This document shows positions 13,301-26,128 of a stretch of 64,000 nucleotides of DNA, piece after piece. Source of the DNA: Octopus sinensis (lineage: Eukaryota); NCBI RefSeq assembly GCF_006345805.1, contig NC_042999.1:12648001-12712000 (forward strand). The letters run 5' to 3'. Each line of letters begins with the position of its first letter. The stretch's first letter is position 1. Under the pieces are notes generated by a model. The model was not told the DNA's origin and made no database searches. It worked only from the letters and a program-made list of their open reading frames with translations. Both the position numbers and the translations under genes were made by a program.

Positions 13301-14872
13301 TCTTGGTAACTAACTGTTGTGCATCATTCAATCTGCTGTTCATATTTTTTGCCACTAAATGCTGCCGGTGTGCCAAGCAGTGAACAGTTAGTGTCTGGTG
13401 GGAAATTTCACGCTTTACGAGAGATGGAAAAATCTCTGTCCTTCTATCATCGAAGGGGTTCCATCAGACGCACAGGCAAGAATATTACTGAGTGGGATAT
13501 TATGTTCAAAAAGGAAAGACTTGAAAGTGTGAAAAATGGTTGCACCTTTTGAATTAAGTGGCAATTTCTCAGTGAACAGCATTTCCTGACAAGGTTGAAA
13601 GTCTTCACTGAAATACCGAACACACACCATCATCAACAGTTGATTCATCCACTTGTATAGAAAGTTCAGAACATTAATGAGCTGATGTTTGACATCGTTG
13701 GCCCTTTTCATCGATGCGTCGAGAAATTGTTATTGCCAAGTGGGATCTTCTTCATAATGTTATCATGTTTTTCGTGTATAACGGTTGATAAACCTCTTCG
13801 ATGATAACTGGGCGAAGTAATGTTTCTCCAATTGTGTGAGACTTCCCAGGCTTAGCAACAAGCAATGCAATGTTGTACGATGCAATCAACCCGTCATTCT
13901 CCTGTTTCCTAGAGTAGCGTGTTGAATGTTTGGATTTGCTTTTTGAAAGAGGAGCTCAGTTGCAAAAAGTATGCTAACGGCTTGTCCTTCTTGCCAGAAT
14001 GCTTTGCATCAAAGTAATAACTTCAAGCATGAAGGCTTCGTTGGTCAATGTTTGATGGCAAAGAAGACACATTGGTAACGGGCAGTTTTGAGGAGGGAAT
14101 AAATCCAAACGATAAATAATCACTACTGCACTGTCGAGAAATGTTCTTGACTTGAGGCATCAGTAAAGTGAAAATGAATTTCACTGGATGGCGTCTGAAA
14201 GGCAGTATGGTCTTCCCAAAGAGAAGAAGTCATCGATAGAGCAGAGTCAGATGACACGTCTTTACTGGAGCAAATACGGATCTAGTTCGTTTGGCTGCCA
14301 GCATTTCATAAATTAAAATTTGATCATTTTCACCCAGTCAAGAAACACGATTTCTAAGCTGTCATTTTGTGCGTGACTGCACATTTTGTCAACATCCTTG
14401 TATTTTGATATGAAACCACAGAATTACGCACGACATAACTTTTTTTTTATTTTCCGGAGTTTTCAGAAAATTTTGGCAAATTTGAATTCTATATGCGGGA
14501 CTTTATGCCTATTTGGCTGCTATTTTTAGCCCGCATGACAACCATCTCGATGACTGCGACAAAAACATTCAAGCGATACACAAGTCTGCTTTTTTTTTTA
14601 TATACTCATGCGAGTAGTCAAATCGATAAAAGTGCATCCTTATTCTAGACATGCTCAGATATAGGTAAATGCAGACTTGGCTGCCAGCCTCCCCTGGCAC
14701 GTAAAAAACACCCACTACACTCATGGAGTGGTTGGCGTTAGGAAGGGCATCAAGCTGTAGAAACACTGCCAGATCAGACTGGAGCCTGGTGCAGCCTCCT
14801 GGCTTCCCAGGCTCCGGTCAAACCGTCCAACCCTTGCTAGCACGGAAAGCGGACGTTAAATGATGATGATGA

Positions 14873-14919
<47 letters not shown>

Positions 14920-14970
14920 TACATACATATATATATATACACATGTATATATATATTTATACATATATAC

Positions 14971-15052
<82 letters not shown>

Positions 15053-18000
15053 TTTGTATAATCCCTCCCACCAGTCTGCTCCATTTCACCAAACTTAATA
15101 CAAAGACGAATGAAATACTTAGGTGCACTTCTTAGGAGGATTTGTCTTTTTTTTTTGCCTTTTAGCCTTGATACTTTAAACTGTTCTGGGAAATGCTATT
15201 GATTATTCTAGTGTGTAGTAGCTGTTGTAACATGCATGAGGTAGCATTGAGGGCACCTTGTTTGTGTTCTCTTCTATATCATGTTTGAAGACTTCAGACC
15301 TGGCTGTGAAGAGAGGTTGTGCATGTATAAGTTCTGTATGACAGCCTCATCCAGCACACTTGCTAAAAAAATTGTATTCTTAATTTTGCATTAATCATGA
15401 AGGTTTCCAACTCACTCTGTATGTTGCCAGTTTTAACATGTCTTCTTTTTTCTTTTTATGTTTCTGCAGGTGTTAACCGAGAGGGATTTGATCGAGAGGG
15501 TTATGACTTGGCAGGATATAACCGGTATGGATTTGATCGTGATGGTTATGACCGGGATGGTTTCAATGTTTCGGGCAGAGATCGTGATGACAAGTTGGAC
15601 ACTTCTCTTATTTTTGAGAAACAATACTTACCACATAGGCATTGTTTAAACAGGAAAGGTTAGTATTGACTCTATAAAAAAATTATAGGACAAATTTGAG
15701 TATTTGTTAGAGTTTCAATTTTAGTTTTGTAAAATTTTAATACTTTATTTACTTTCAGGATTTCTGACTTAAATTCCTTGTGACTTTAGTTTAAAGCAAA
15801 TTGAACTCTTTTAAGATTCAGATTATTCTGTCAAATGTAATGCTTATTTATTTCTATTGTTTTAAATTAATCATGCATCATCTCTTGGCTTTGAGATTTC
15901 GATATGATTTTTTTATTTTTACAGTAAGATTGGTAGGTGTGAGAGGCTGGATCTGGATGGTTTGAACATCTAACAGAATATTTGGGTCGGATATGGCTGG
16001 TTTAAATGATAAAAGGTTTAACATTAGTGGTTAAGGAAATATCTAATGTATTGCATACAAGAACAAATGGGGTTAGAAAAATTTCTTATTAGGTGTGGGT
16101 AGGGATCTATTCCTAAGAAGTTCTCTTTGCAGCCAGGTGGCTTCATGTCCAGTCTCACTGCATGACACCTTGATCCAGTGTCTTCTACTCTAGCCTTGGA
16201 CCAAACGGTACCTTGTGAGGGAATTTGGTGTATGGACTAAAAACAAGCCCATCATGTCAATCCCACTTGTTCAAATACACTGGAGATCAATAAATATGTA
16301 AGAACTGGGTTGAAAAATCCTTTTGCATAGAAATTGTTGAAGGCTGTTTATGAGACTTGGATGCATGTCTCCTGGAGACAAATGTTCTCTTGAAAGGTTA
16401 TAAATTCCTACAATTTTTACTGATAAAAATTAAAGTTTCTAAAACAGGAATTTGAAGTATTACTTTGGTCTAATGGAGTTGCACAGCCACAGCCTTTGAC
16501 TTTCTCTATCCAAAATGGTTTTTCAGCCCAATATTTACTGGTTATTATTTATAGACTTATGTGCTTCAAGAGCTGCTGTTCCAAAAGAAATTATTTCATG
16601 TTCTGTCAAAAAAAAAAAAGAAATGATTATTTTTTTATCCATTTCAGGTCTTACTAAAGATGGCTTTGACCGATATGGTTTTGATATCTATGGATATGAC
16701 TTGGAAAACTGCAATTATTCCTTTAAGGGACCATTTACTACACTGTTGATGCATCGTGTTTGGGAAATTCTTCATACCCAATCGCATGAATTTCTTGTAA
16801 CTCTGACTAAAACCTGTCAACCTTTGAAACAACTTCCAAATGTTTGGTATAAGCAATTTTGGATGGAACCCCATGAAGCATTTGTGGTAGGTAAGTATTT
16901 ATTTAATGTTTTCATTTTATTGTTTGGCTTTATTATTTGTTGTTTATATAAATAAATGTGAAGAATTACATGGAAGCACTTACGCAATTATGCTGATGCT
17001 TCGAGTGGCCATGAATTGGGAACAGAAAATGAAACATATCTTATTGTAGTTAAAATTCAATAATTTTGGTAACAAAGCATTGAATAGATAAAAGATAATT
17101 GAATTGGTATAACATCAACAATTATCAGAAAGAAATGACAAATATTCTTAATTCTATCTCCAAAAATTGAAATGACACTGGATAAAAATGAAAAGCATTT
17201 TCCCGAATCAGGAATTCTTGGTCCTGCATAAAGGATGTGCACACTTTCCAAGTAAAAATAAATTCTTTGTAGAAGCTGAAAAAATTGTGTTTTGAAGTTA
17301 GAGATGAAATAGCTAAATAGGATTTCTTTGCAGCAGATGTTTATACTCTTTTACTTGTTTCAGTCATTTGACTGTGGCCATGCTGGAGCACTGCCTTTAG
17401 TCGAGCAAATCGACCCCAGGACTTATTCTTTATATTAACTTTATTGTGTCACTATATGTGTTTCGAAATATTCTGCCTTTATTTCAATTAATTTTGAAAA
17501 TAATGAAGAATTTTGTGAAATAACATTTGTCATAATTAAGTTCAAGAGAAATGTGGTATGAAAAAGGTTAAGAGCATCCAGCTGTAGAAACTGTGCCACA
17601 ACAGACAATTGGAGTTTGGACAGCTCTCCAGCTGGCCAGCTCCTTTCAAACTGTCCAACTCATGCCAGCATGGAAAATGGACATTAAATGAGGATGATGG
17701 TAATAATGACATTGCAGTATCTAAAAAGCTATAGCATATTTTTCAGAGTTTTAATAGAATTATCTGAAAAAAATCTCACAACAGTTATTTAGGATGAGTA
17801 GAGTTCTTTGCAGAAAGGAAGTTGGTTGAACCCCTTTCATACCAATCCACTTGAGGCTGCTCCTTGTTCTATGATAACAGAAACTTCCTCTTTTAAAGTG
17901 ATCTACATTTAAACCTTCCATCAGAATTTCATATTAAGTTTCAAATACATGTTTATCTAACTAAATTCCTTCTTTTTTCAAGATTCATTGGAACAAAAGC

Positions 18001-21000
18001 AGAAGATTTCAAAAGTATTATAGTGACAAAAAGGGCTAAGGATTAATTTTTGTAGGACTCTAATTTCAAGATATCTGGAATTACCATATGTAGTTCTGCA
18101 TTATAGAAATGAAATATAAAATACCAATATGATGCTTGCACATGTTTTATACTGCTTTATAAAATATTTTCTTCAATATTTACTTGCTAACTTTATGTTT
18201 GCCTTTGTCCTGTTGTGCTGCTGACCAGCACATCTAGATCACCTATATCGCCACCCAACATCTATTCTTGCCTTTATCTCACTATCTACCCTTACAAGTC
18301 TAGGGTGCCCTCCAGCCTTTCTTTCGTTTATTACCTTTGTTGCTTTCACCCACTGCTCCAACCTTCCCTTTTCTCTAACTGTCCTCCCTTCATTGCCTCC
18401 TTAACTGGAATACTTTCTCTGCATCCACACTGTTCTTCCCCATCCACCTCCTTGATACCCTCCAAGTTTTCTTACCCTCGTTACTTTTCCAGCATTCACT
18501 TTTCTTTCTCTGTCCTCTTCCCCATTTTCTCAGCCTCCTCAACTACCCCTCATCTGGCTACCCTTGTAACACACCATGTCTCTTTTTCCAGATTCTTTAC
18601 TACCCTTGTTTGTTTCTTCTATTTTTGTCCCCCTTTCACCAAAATCTTCTTTTTCTTACTTGCCCCTATAAAGTATTATATATAATGATATAATATAATG
18701 AAATTATTGTATACAGTGCTCAGGTGCTCCACAACTTGTCAGAAAGTGCATATAAAGTACATGCAGCAATGTAGAAATGTCTGGAAAGTGAACATGCTTG
18801 TGTGTGTATGGAGGGGAGAAAATCAAGTGTAGTGTTGGCGAATCTCAGGAAGCATGGAAGTTTTGAAGGATGCAGTGCTCCGACAACTAACAACTGATGC
18901 CGGCAGTTTGTTCCACGCTTCAGCAACTCTCAGCGTGAAAAAATGTTTCCTGAAGTCATGGGAGCTGTGCTGTTTTCTTACTTTGTAAATATGTCCATGG
19001 GTGTTAGATGGGTGGATTTTGAAGAGGTGCTCAGAGTTATTGTTTGTGCGATGGTTGATAATTTTATGGGTGTCTGCCAAGTCAGCTGCCAGACGTCGGA
19101 GTTTCAATGTGTCCATGCCCAGGGAAGTAAGGCGTTCAGGATATGGCAAATGCCTGATGGAGGGTATTCTTTTGGTTGCACGTTGCTGAACAGCTTCCAG
19201 ACGATTGATGTCCTGGGCAAGATAGGGGTTCCAGACCTGTGATGCAAATTCCAGGTGAGGTCTTACCATAGCTATATAAAGCCGCAGATAGATAGCTGGA
19301 GAGCGGCTCACAAAGGATTTGGTGAGTGATGCCAAGACACCCTCAGCCTTCTTGACAATTTTAGCGATGTGTTTTGTCCAACGCAAATCACTGTCGACAA
19401 TAACACCCAGGTCACATTCACTTGAAGACTTTTTGAGACTAGTGTTGTGGAGGGAGTAGGTGGACGCTGGGTTTCTCCTCCCATAATGCATGGTGGTACA
19501 TTTGTCCACAGCCAGCTTGAGTTGCTAGTCCATGATCCACTGCTGCATTGTGTCCAGGTCTGCTTGCAATAGAGATCCATAGTGTACAGGATTTGACCTC
19601 TTTATTTCGAGGTACAGCTTGATGTCATCTGCATATTTCAGCACTGTGGCATTCTTTAAGTTGGCATCTATGTCATTAACATATGCAACAAATAAAAGGG
19701 GGCCAAGAACAGATCCCTGCGGCACACCAGATGTCATCTCATAGGGCGAAGAGTGCTGTCCTAGAACTGTGACAACCTCTTTTCGGCCGAAAATAAAGGA
19801 CTTTAACCAGTTATAGAGTTCGTCTCTATTATATTGGACACTCGCACAACACCTTGCTATTCTGTCCCTACCTTTCTCATTAAATCCTGACTATCTTTGC
19901 TTCCCTTGATTTCTGCCATATTCCATTTTCATGCAGTGTCTGTTAATCTCTGCAATACCACCATCCTCACAATTATAAATCTATTCCTCTCATCGTGCTT
20001 CATCCTTTCTCATCAGACTCCAAAAATCATCACACACTCTCCCTTCTAATCTCCTTCTGTTTTAGGGTTTATTTAGGCTCATAGTTTTCCTGGTTGCAAG
20101 ATGACTTCACTGGTACTGGTACCACTGAAAAAAAAGGAAAACCAGTCCACTCTGTAAAATGGTTGGTATTAGGAAGGCCATCCAGCTATAGAAACCATAC
20201 TAAAACAGAGAGGGAGCATGGTGCCTTTCTCCAATTTGTTGGATCCGGTTGAACCATGCAAACTATGCCAGCAAAGAAGGTGGATGCTGATAACGAGGAT
20301 GAACTTTTTGTTTTGAATAAGCAAAACCCTTTGATTTCCTTTTAGTCATTGCTACTTTAACAAAGTTTGTTTTTGTCAGATTTGATCAAGTCGGATGTCC
20401 CTCTTCAGTCGGAGAGCAACATTTTGTCTCAAAGAATTTGTTTCTCAATTGAACCATACGTGTCTCCATGTCCTTGTAATCGAGTTACGACATGTACCAT
20501 CAATCTCTGTTTGGATGCTGAATGTCCAAGCTATCCCCAAGCCAATTGCTTTGTTGATGTCTGCAACGAATGCTCGCCAGTTTGGTACTTGAAAGGAAGG
20601 ATTGTTGACTGTGAAACGGTCAGAGGTAAGTAATGCAAAGAAATAATACCCGGAGAGTCAAGTAATACAATCTATACTTGATCATGCAAACTCTGTCCCC
20701 TGTAAAACTAATTTAGGATAAAAGCTTCTTAATTTCACACCAAGATCTTTTTCTAATTCTAAATTGATTTTATTATTAAAATATTTGGCACAATTCTTGA
20801 AATTTATTTAGATTATTTTGAACAACTAAGATTAATATTTTCTGAAAATGCTTTATATCATCACTCTATCATGAAAGTGGTTGAGAAGACCAGAGCAGAA
20901 ATTAAACTTAGAGCATGAAGAATAGGAAGAAATATAGCAAAGCATTTCTTCCAATGCTCTGACGATTCTGTTTGCTGACAGCATTTAGATGACAAATTGT

Positions 21001-24000
21001 CCTGATGTACACAATTAAAACATCAAATTATTACAGCTATCTGTGTACCACATTTAATGTATATATACTGTTGAAAGCATGATGCTGTAGTGAGAGAAAA
21101 TCTCTTTACAGACATGATAAAAACACAATATATATTGCTACTAAGCGGAAATTGTCTTAGCAGTGACATAAAACACCAGACAGATTCTAACCTTCTTAGG
21201 CCTCGTCAAGGGTGTGTTCTCACTCCCACATGCCTATATAAAATTATCTCCCTCTGACATATAGGGAACAGTGAATGATTTATTCACTAATATTGTAGAG
21301 AGCTTGCTGAACTGTAAATAAACTCAGTGCATGTATTTGAAACAGCAAATAATCATCTACATAGATATGTACGGCTATTACAGTTGAGAAAGCTTTCCAC
21401 AATATATATAAAGATGAACTATGATACACAGATTATTATAATAATGTTTGTCTGTACTTGTAGGGTTAATAGTGTTTATTTGAACCTCCTGTCATAGTGA
21501 CACACCCTCAGCCTATGTTTTTGCTTCTGTTGTATCTATACTCAGCTCCAATAACAATTTCTTAACTTGGAGTGTTTATATTTTTCTTTCATATTCTTAA
21601 CAGATTATTGTCATCCAAATCCATGTCAACATGGTGCTACATGCATCCAATCGGTGTGGCCTGCAGAACCTTGGTTAGTTTCCTGTAAATGTCCACCCGG
21701 TTATGAAGGTGATCATTGCCAGTACAAATCAAAAGAAATTTGTTACCTTCCTTTACAGAAAGGTAAGTCATTTTGTCATGCTCGATTTTCTATGTCGTTA
21801 TTACAGGGTATGACAAAAAATAAAACCCTTCCAGATTCACTAGTCTTGATAAAAGTTACAACAGAAAATGCAAAGTATGGCACCAGTCCTAACTAATAAT
21901 AACAAAAAGCAAGAAATGGTAAAACATTAGCTTGATGAAGACACCATTATTATCTGTCTAACTTAATGAGTGCCATACCAATAACTGTAAAATATGGGCG
22001 GTTTTTCTGTTTCAGCCTGTATTTTGGATAGATTTTAAAATGCAAACACTGTCAAATATTTTAATTACTTATTTACAACTTTTTGTTCATTTATAGAAAT
22101 GTGCTTAAAGAGTTTATTTTACAACTGATGTGGTTAAGGTTATTTGTAAAAGTTGCAAGTCAATGAATGCAGGAAAAATGTGCAGGAAGGGGGTTTCAGA
22201 CTTCCACTGTTCTGGGGAAGAAGGACTGAGCACAAAATATGAGTGATAAGATGAGGAAAGAAGAGTGAGTTGGGTGTTTGTGAGTCGTGGTATTATGATA
22301 TTAGCCAGCTCTGAAGCGTAGAGACCACTGTTAAAGATAGGCAAGGTGAGAAGCAGAGGTTGCTCAATACCAAATTTCATTTAGGTATGTAACTAGCAGT
22401 ACACATCATTGACAAGCCCAAAGGAAGCTGAAATGCATCTGGCATTCTCATGAATCATTGATATATATATATACCTATTGCTTTTTTTAACACAGCATAT
22501 CTATGAAAAGACTTTCTCTCAGAGAAAAACCTTCACATAAAAAGCACTGGTGCTGGTGCCATGTAAAAAGCACCAAAATACAGGCTGCAACAGAAAAACC
22601 TCCCATATTTTACAGTTATTGGTATGGCACTCATTAAGTTAGACAGATAATAATGGTGTCTTCATCAAGCTAATGTTTTACCATTTCTTGCTTTTACCCA
22701 TCCAACCCATGCTAGTGTAGGAATATGAATATATATGACTGTACGTAAGGAGTTTGGTGACATAGGTCTCCTCTCGTACGCCGCGCGGCCACATCCTAAC
22801 ATAATATAATAGAATAAGCCATAATACATGTTTATATTATACAGTGCCAAAGGAAATGAATAAAGGACGCCAAAACCGTTCTACTTTTATAAAGAGAAGA
22901 TAGATTTTATTCACAGTGTACAAAGTGAGTTGTGATTACTAGCGTAGTGTTGTGGTATGAATGCATGCGTATAATATTTGTGTCTGTGTGTTTGTGCGTG
23001 CGACAGGAGGTACAGATAAAGGTGCATGCGAATACACCAGAAATACAGAGCATAAAAGAAGTCTCAACATATTGAGTTAAGATAGAGTTATTTTATCAGT
23101 TCATGTAGTACACGATAATAAGTTCTATAACAAGATTTGGGTCTCGAAGAGGAGATTAGTTGAGTCTCTTGTTGAGCAGGTTTCTCTTGATATAGATGTT
23201 CTTTCAAGTATATATTCTGCAACTGTTTTTCCATGGTCATAGTTTCACACAAACAGCGTGAGATGAATCTGTGTATTTATCTTGTGTACAAGTTGAATCT
23301 CCGGAGATGGAGATGACGTTGGTGATGACGTTCTGTCTGTTGCTGCTATACAGTATAGTTGGCTTGGCTGACGTCTGTCTTTTGAACTGGAACATGGTTG
23401 AGTAAGCTCTGTGAGGTCTCCAACCAGACCTTAGAAGGTCTTGAGTCGAAAGACGGTGAATCGTGGAAATACTAGCCTATTTATGGAGTGAAGATGGCTC
23501 AATTGAAAGATCCTATCTGAAAGCCGTGATTGGTCAGTTTACACACTGGTGCGAAATAAGTAGAGAAACAGACTGCGCTTAGATGCTAACCAATCAGATC
23601 AGTGGACACAACAAGGTTAAACTAGCCAAAGATGTTTGTAATCTCAAACGAGAGCATTCCTAATGTTTTTCTCAAACAGTGAAGATAGCAATATTGCTAC
23701 ACTAGCATGGAAAACGGATGTTAAACGATAATGATGAGGATGATGATGGTGCCACATAAAAAGCACAGGTGATAGTGTCATGTAAAAAGTACCAAGTACA
23801 ATCTTATTTCTTTATTGCCCACAAGGAGCTAAACATAATCTGTAAAATAGTTGGCATTAGGAAGGGCTGTAGAAACTATGCCAAATCGGATCATGAAACC
23901 TGGTGCAACTCCTGACTTTGCCAGCTCCTGTCCAGCTATCCAGCCCATACTGGCATGGACTGGACATTATATGTTGATGATGATCATGATTAGGATGCCT

Positions 24001-25747
24001 TTCAGTGATGTATATAAGTTAAGAATGGTATACAGTTGGCTATAATAATCGTATTTGCCTGAGCTTGCAGGATGTGGTGTTCTTTCACACCTACTCTTCT
24101 GACCTTTCCTTTGAATGCAGTTTTGTTTTTTGTTTGTGCATATGGCAGCAACAATGGCTCAGAGTTGTTGGGAATTATTTTCCAACTGTGAAGTGGAGGA
24201 ATGCCAGTCTTTGGCTGCATCAGTTTTTGTTATGTTGAGGATATACCTTCACCAAGATAGTGAATCCAATCAGTTGTAGTGACATTCAGGGTTCTAGCTG
24301 CATGCTGCTCATGTTTTAAGACTGGAATGGGCTGCAGTAATGTTTTCTTGATTTTAATGTTTTGATTTCTTTTGTGCTTTTGAAGAAGACAAAATTGATA
24401 AAATCTCATTGAAGAATGTTTGCGAGGTTTCTATTCATGGAATCATTATAGGTTTGGTGTGGAGAGGTGACTAGGCTGCATGGGGATAATTTTTGGTTGT
24501 TGGAGACTTAGAGCAGAATGAAGGGTGATATAATTTATGTATAAGTGCTTGAAGGTGACGGTGAGTGGGTCTCTGATGAATGTGGGGTTCAAAACTGAAC
24601 CCTGGGGTACACAAGACATTATGGAATGTGAGTCATAGAGAACTCCATCAATACATATTGTGATAAGGATTTTAAATATTTCCTTTTGCTATCTATAATT
24701 TTTTTATACATTATTTATCAATTTATAAAGACATAGATGTAAAAACCCAACATCATTCTATCTTTTACAGGTTCCTGTTCAAGGAATGTGAGTCGTTGGT
24801 ACTTTGACTTCCATCGATCAAAATGTGTCCAGTTTGATTATTCTGGTTGTGGGGGCAATGCTAATTTATTTGAGACACTTACAGATTGCCAGAAAAAATG
24901 TGTTGTTGGTGCTTGTTGTTACCGGCAGCAACTTAATCCAGCAGTTACCATTGGCTTTGGTCCTGATGGCTATGATAAGTAAGATTAATTTTTCTAATTG
25001 TTTGTTGTATTATCCTTTTAAGCCTTAAGATTTACTTTCGCTCTATCACTAAGGGTTATTCAGCCTCTCTTGTATTAGTGTTATGGGAAAATGCTTCCAG
25101 TACATGTTGTGAAACCATTGATGTTAGAGAGGGCATCAAGTTGCAGAAAGCAAATCAGATAACACACTTGAGCACTTAGTCTTTGGGAATGATAGCGTTT
25201 AATGGGATATCACTCGGATTATGGTGATTCATCCAACCCATGCTAGCATGGAAAAACAAATGTAAAGTGATGTTGATGACAGCAATAGTTTCATTTGTGT
25301 GAATATCTCTTATTATAAAAGGCAGATTTTATCTGCCTCCCTTTGGGAGTTATACAAATCTACAATATAGGATTTCTTCAATTACAATTTACCTAGCAAT
25401 TTTAAGAGTACAATGCATCGCGTCATGCCAGGTCCAGTTTTTAAAATTTCAACTCCAATTAAGCAAAATTTACAGAAAACTCACATTCTGGTGTGTGTGT
25501 CAAATGCTTTTCTTAGTCTGGTTTACACCACACGCAAACGCACACACACAGTGGGCAACAAATAAAGTGAAACTAGATGTAATATTTGTTTCTCTCTATC
25601 ACGCTGATAGATACATGAGTAAAATGTATGGGAAGCTAACACATAAGTGTGAGTGAAAATGTTCTTGGAAGAGAGTAAATAGCCAGAGATAGTGATTTGA
25701 GGAACACTCATACATACATACATACATACATACATACATACATACAT

Positions 25748-25782
<35 letters not shown>

Positions 25783-26096
25783 TACATACATACACACACA
25801 CATACATACATACATACATATACATACATACATACATACATATACATACATACACACACACATACACACACACACAGTATTGAAGCTTGAGAACAATCAG
25901 ATACATTTGCAACACATCTGTTGAAAATATTATTGTTCACACACATACATATACATATATACATACAGACAGACAGGCAGATAGACACACACACACACAC
26001 ACATGATCCAGCATGGCCACAACCTCAAGGCTGAAACATATAAAAGAATAACAGAATATAAATGTGTGCATGTGTGTGAGAGAGAGAGTGTGTGTG

Positions 26097-26128
<32 letters not shown>

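Noticed and set aside
15183-15198. Second TIR of the hAT element (tgggaaatgcta)
   Set aside because: Only a partial match to the 12595 TIR and no TSD verified, so it was not used as the boundary.
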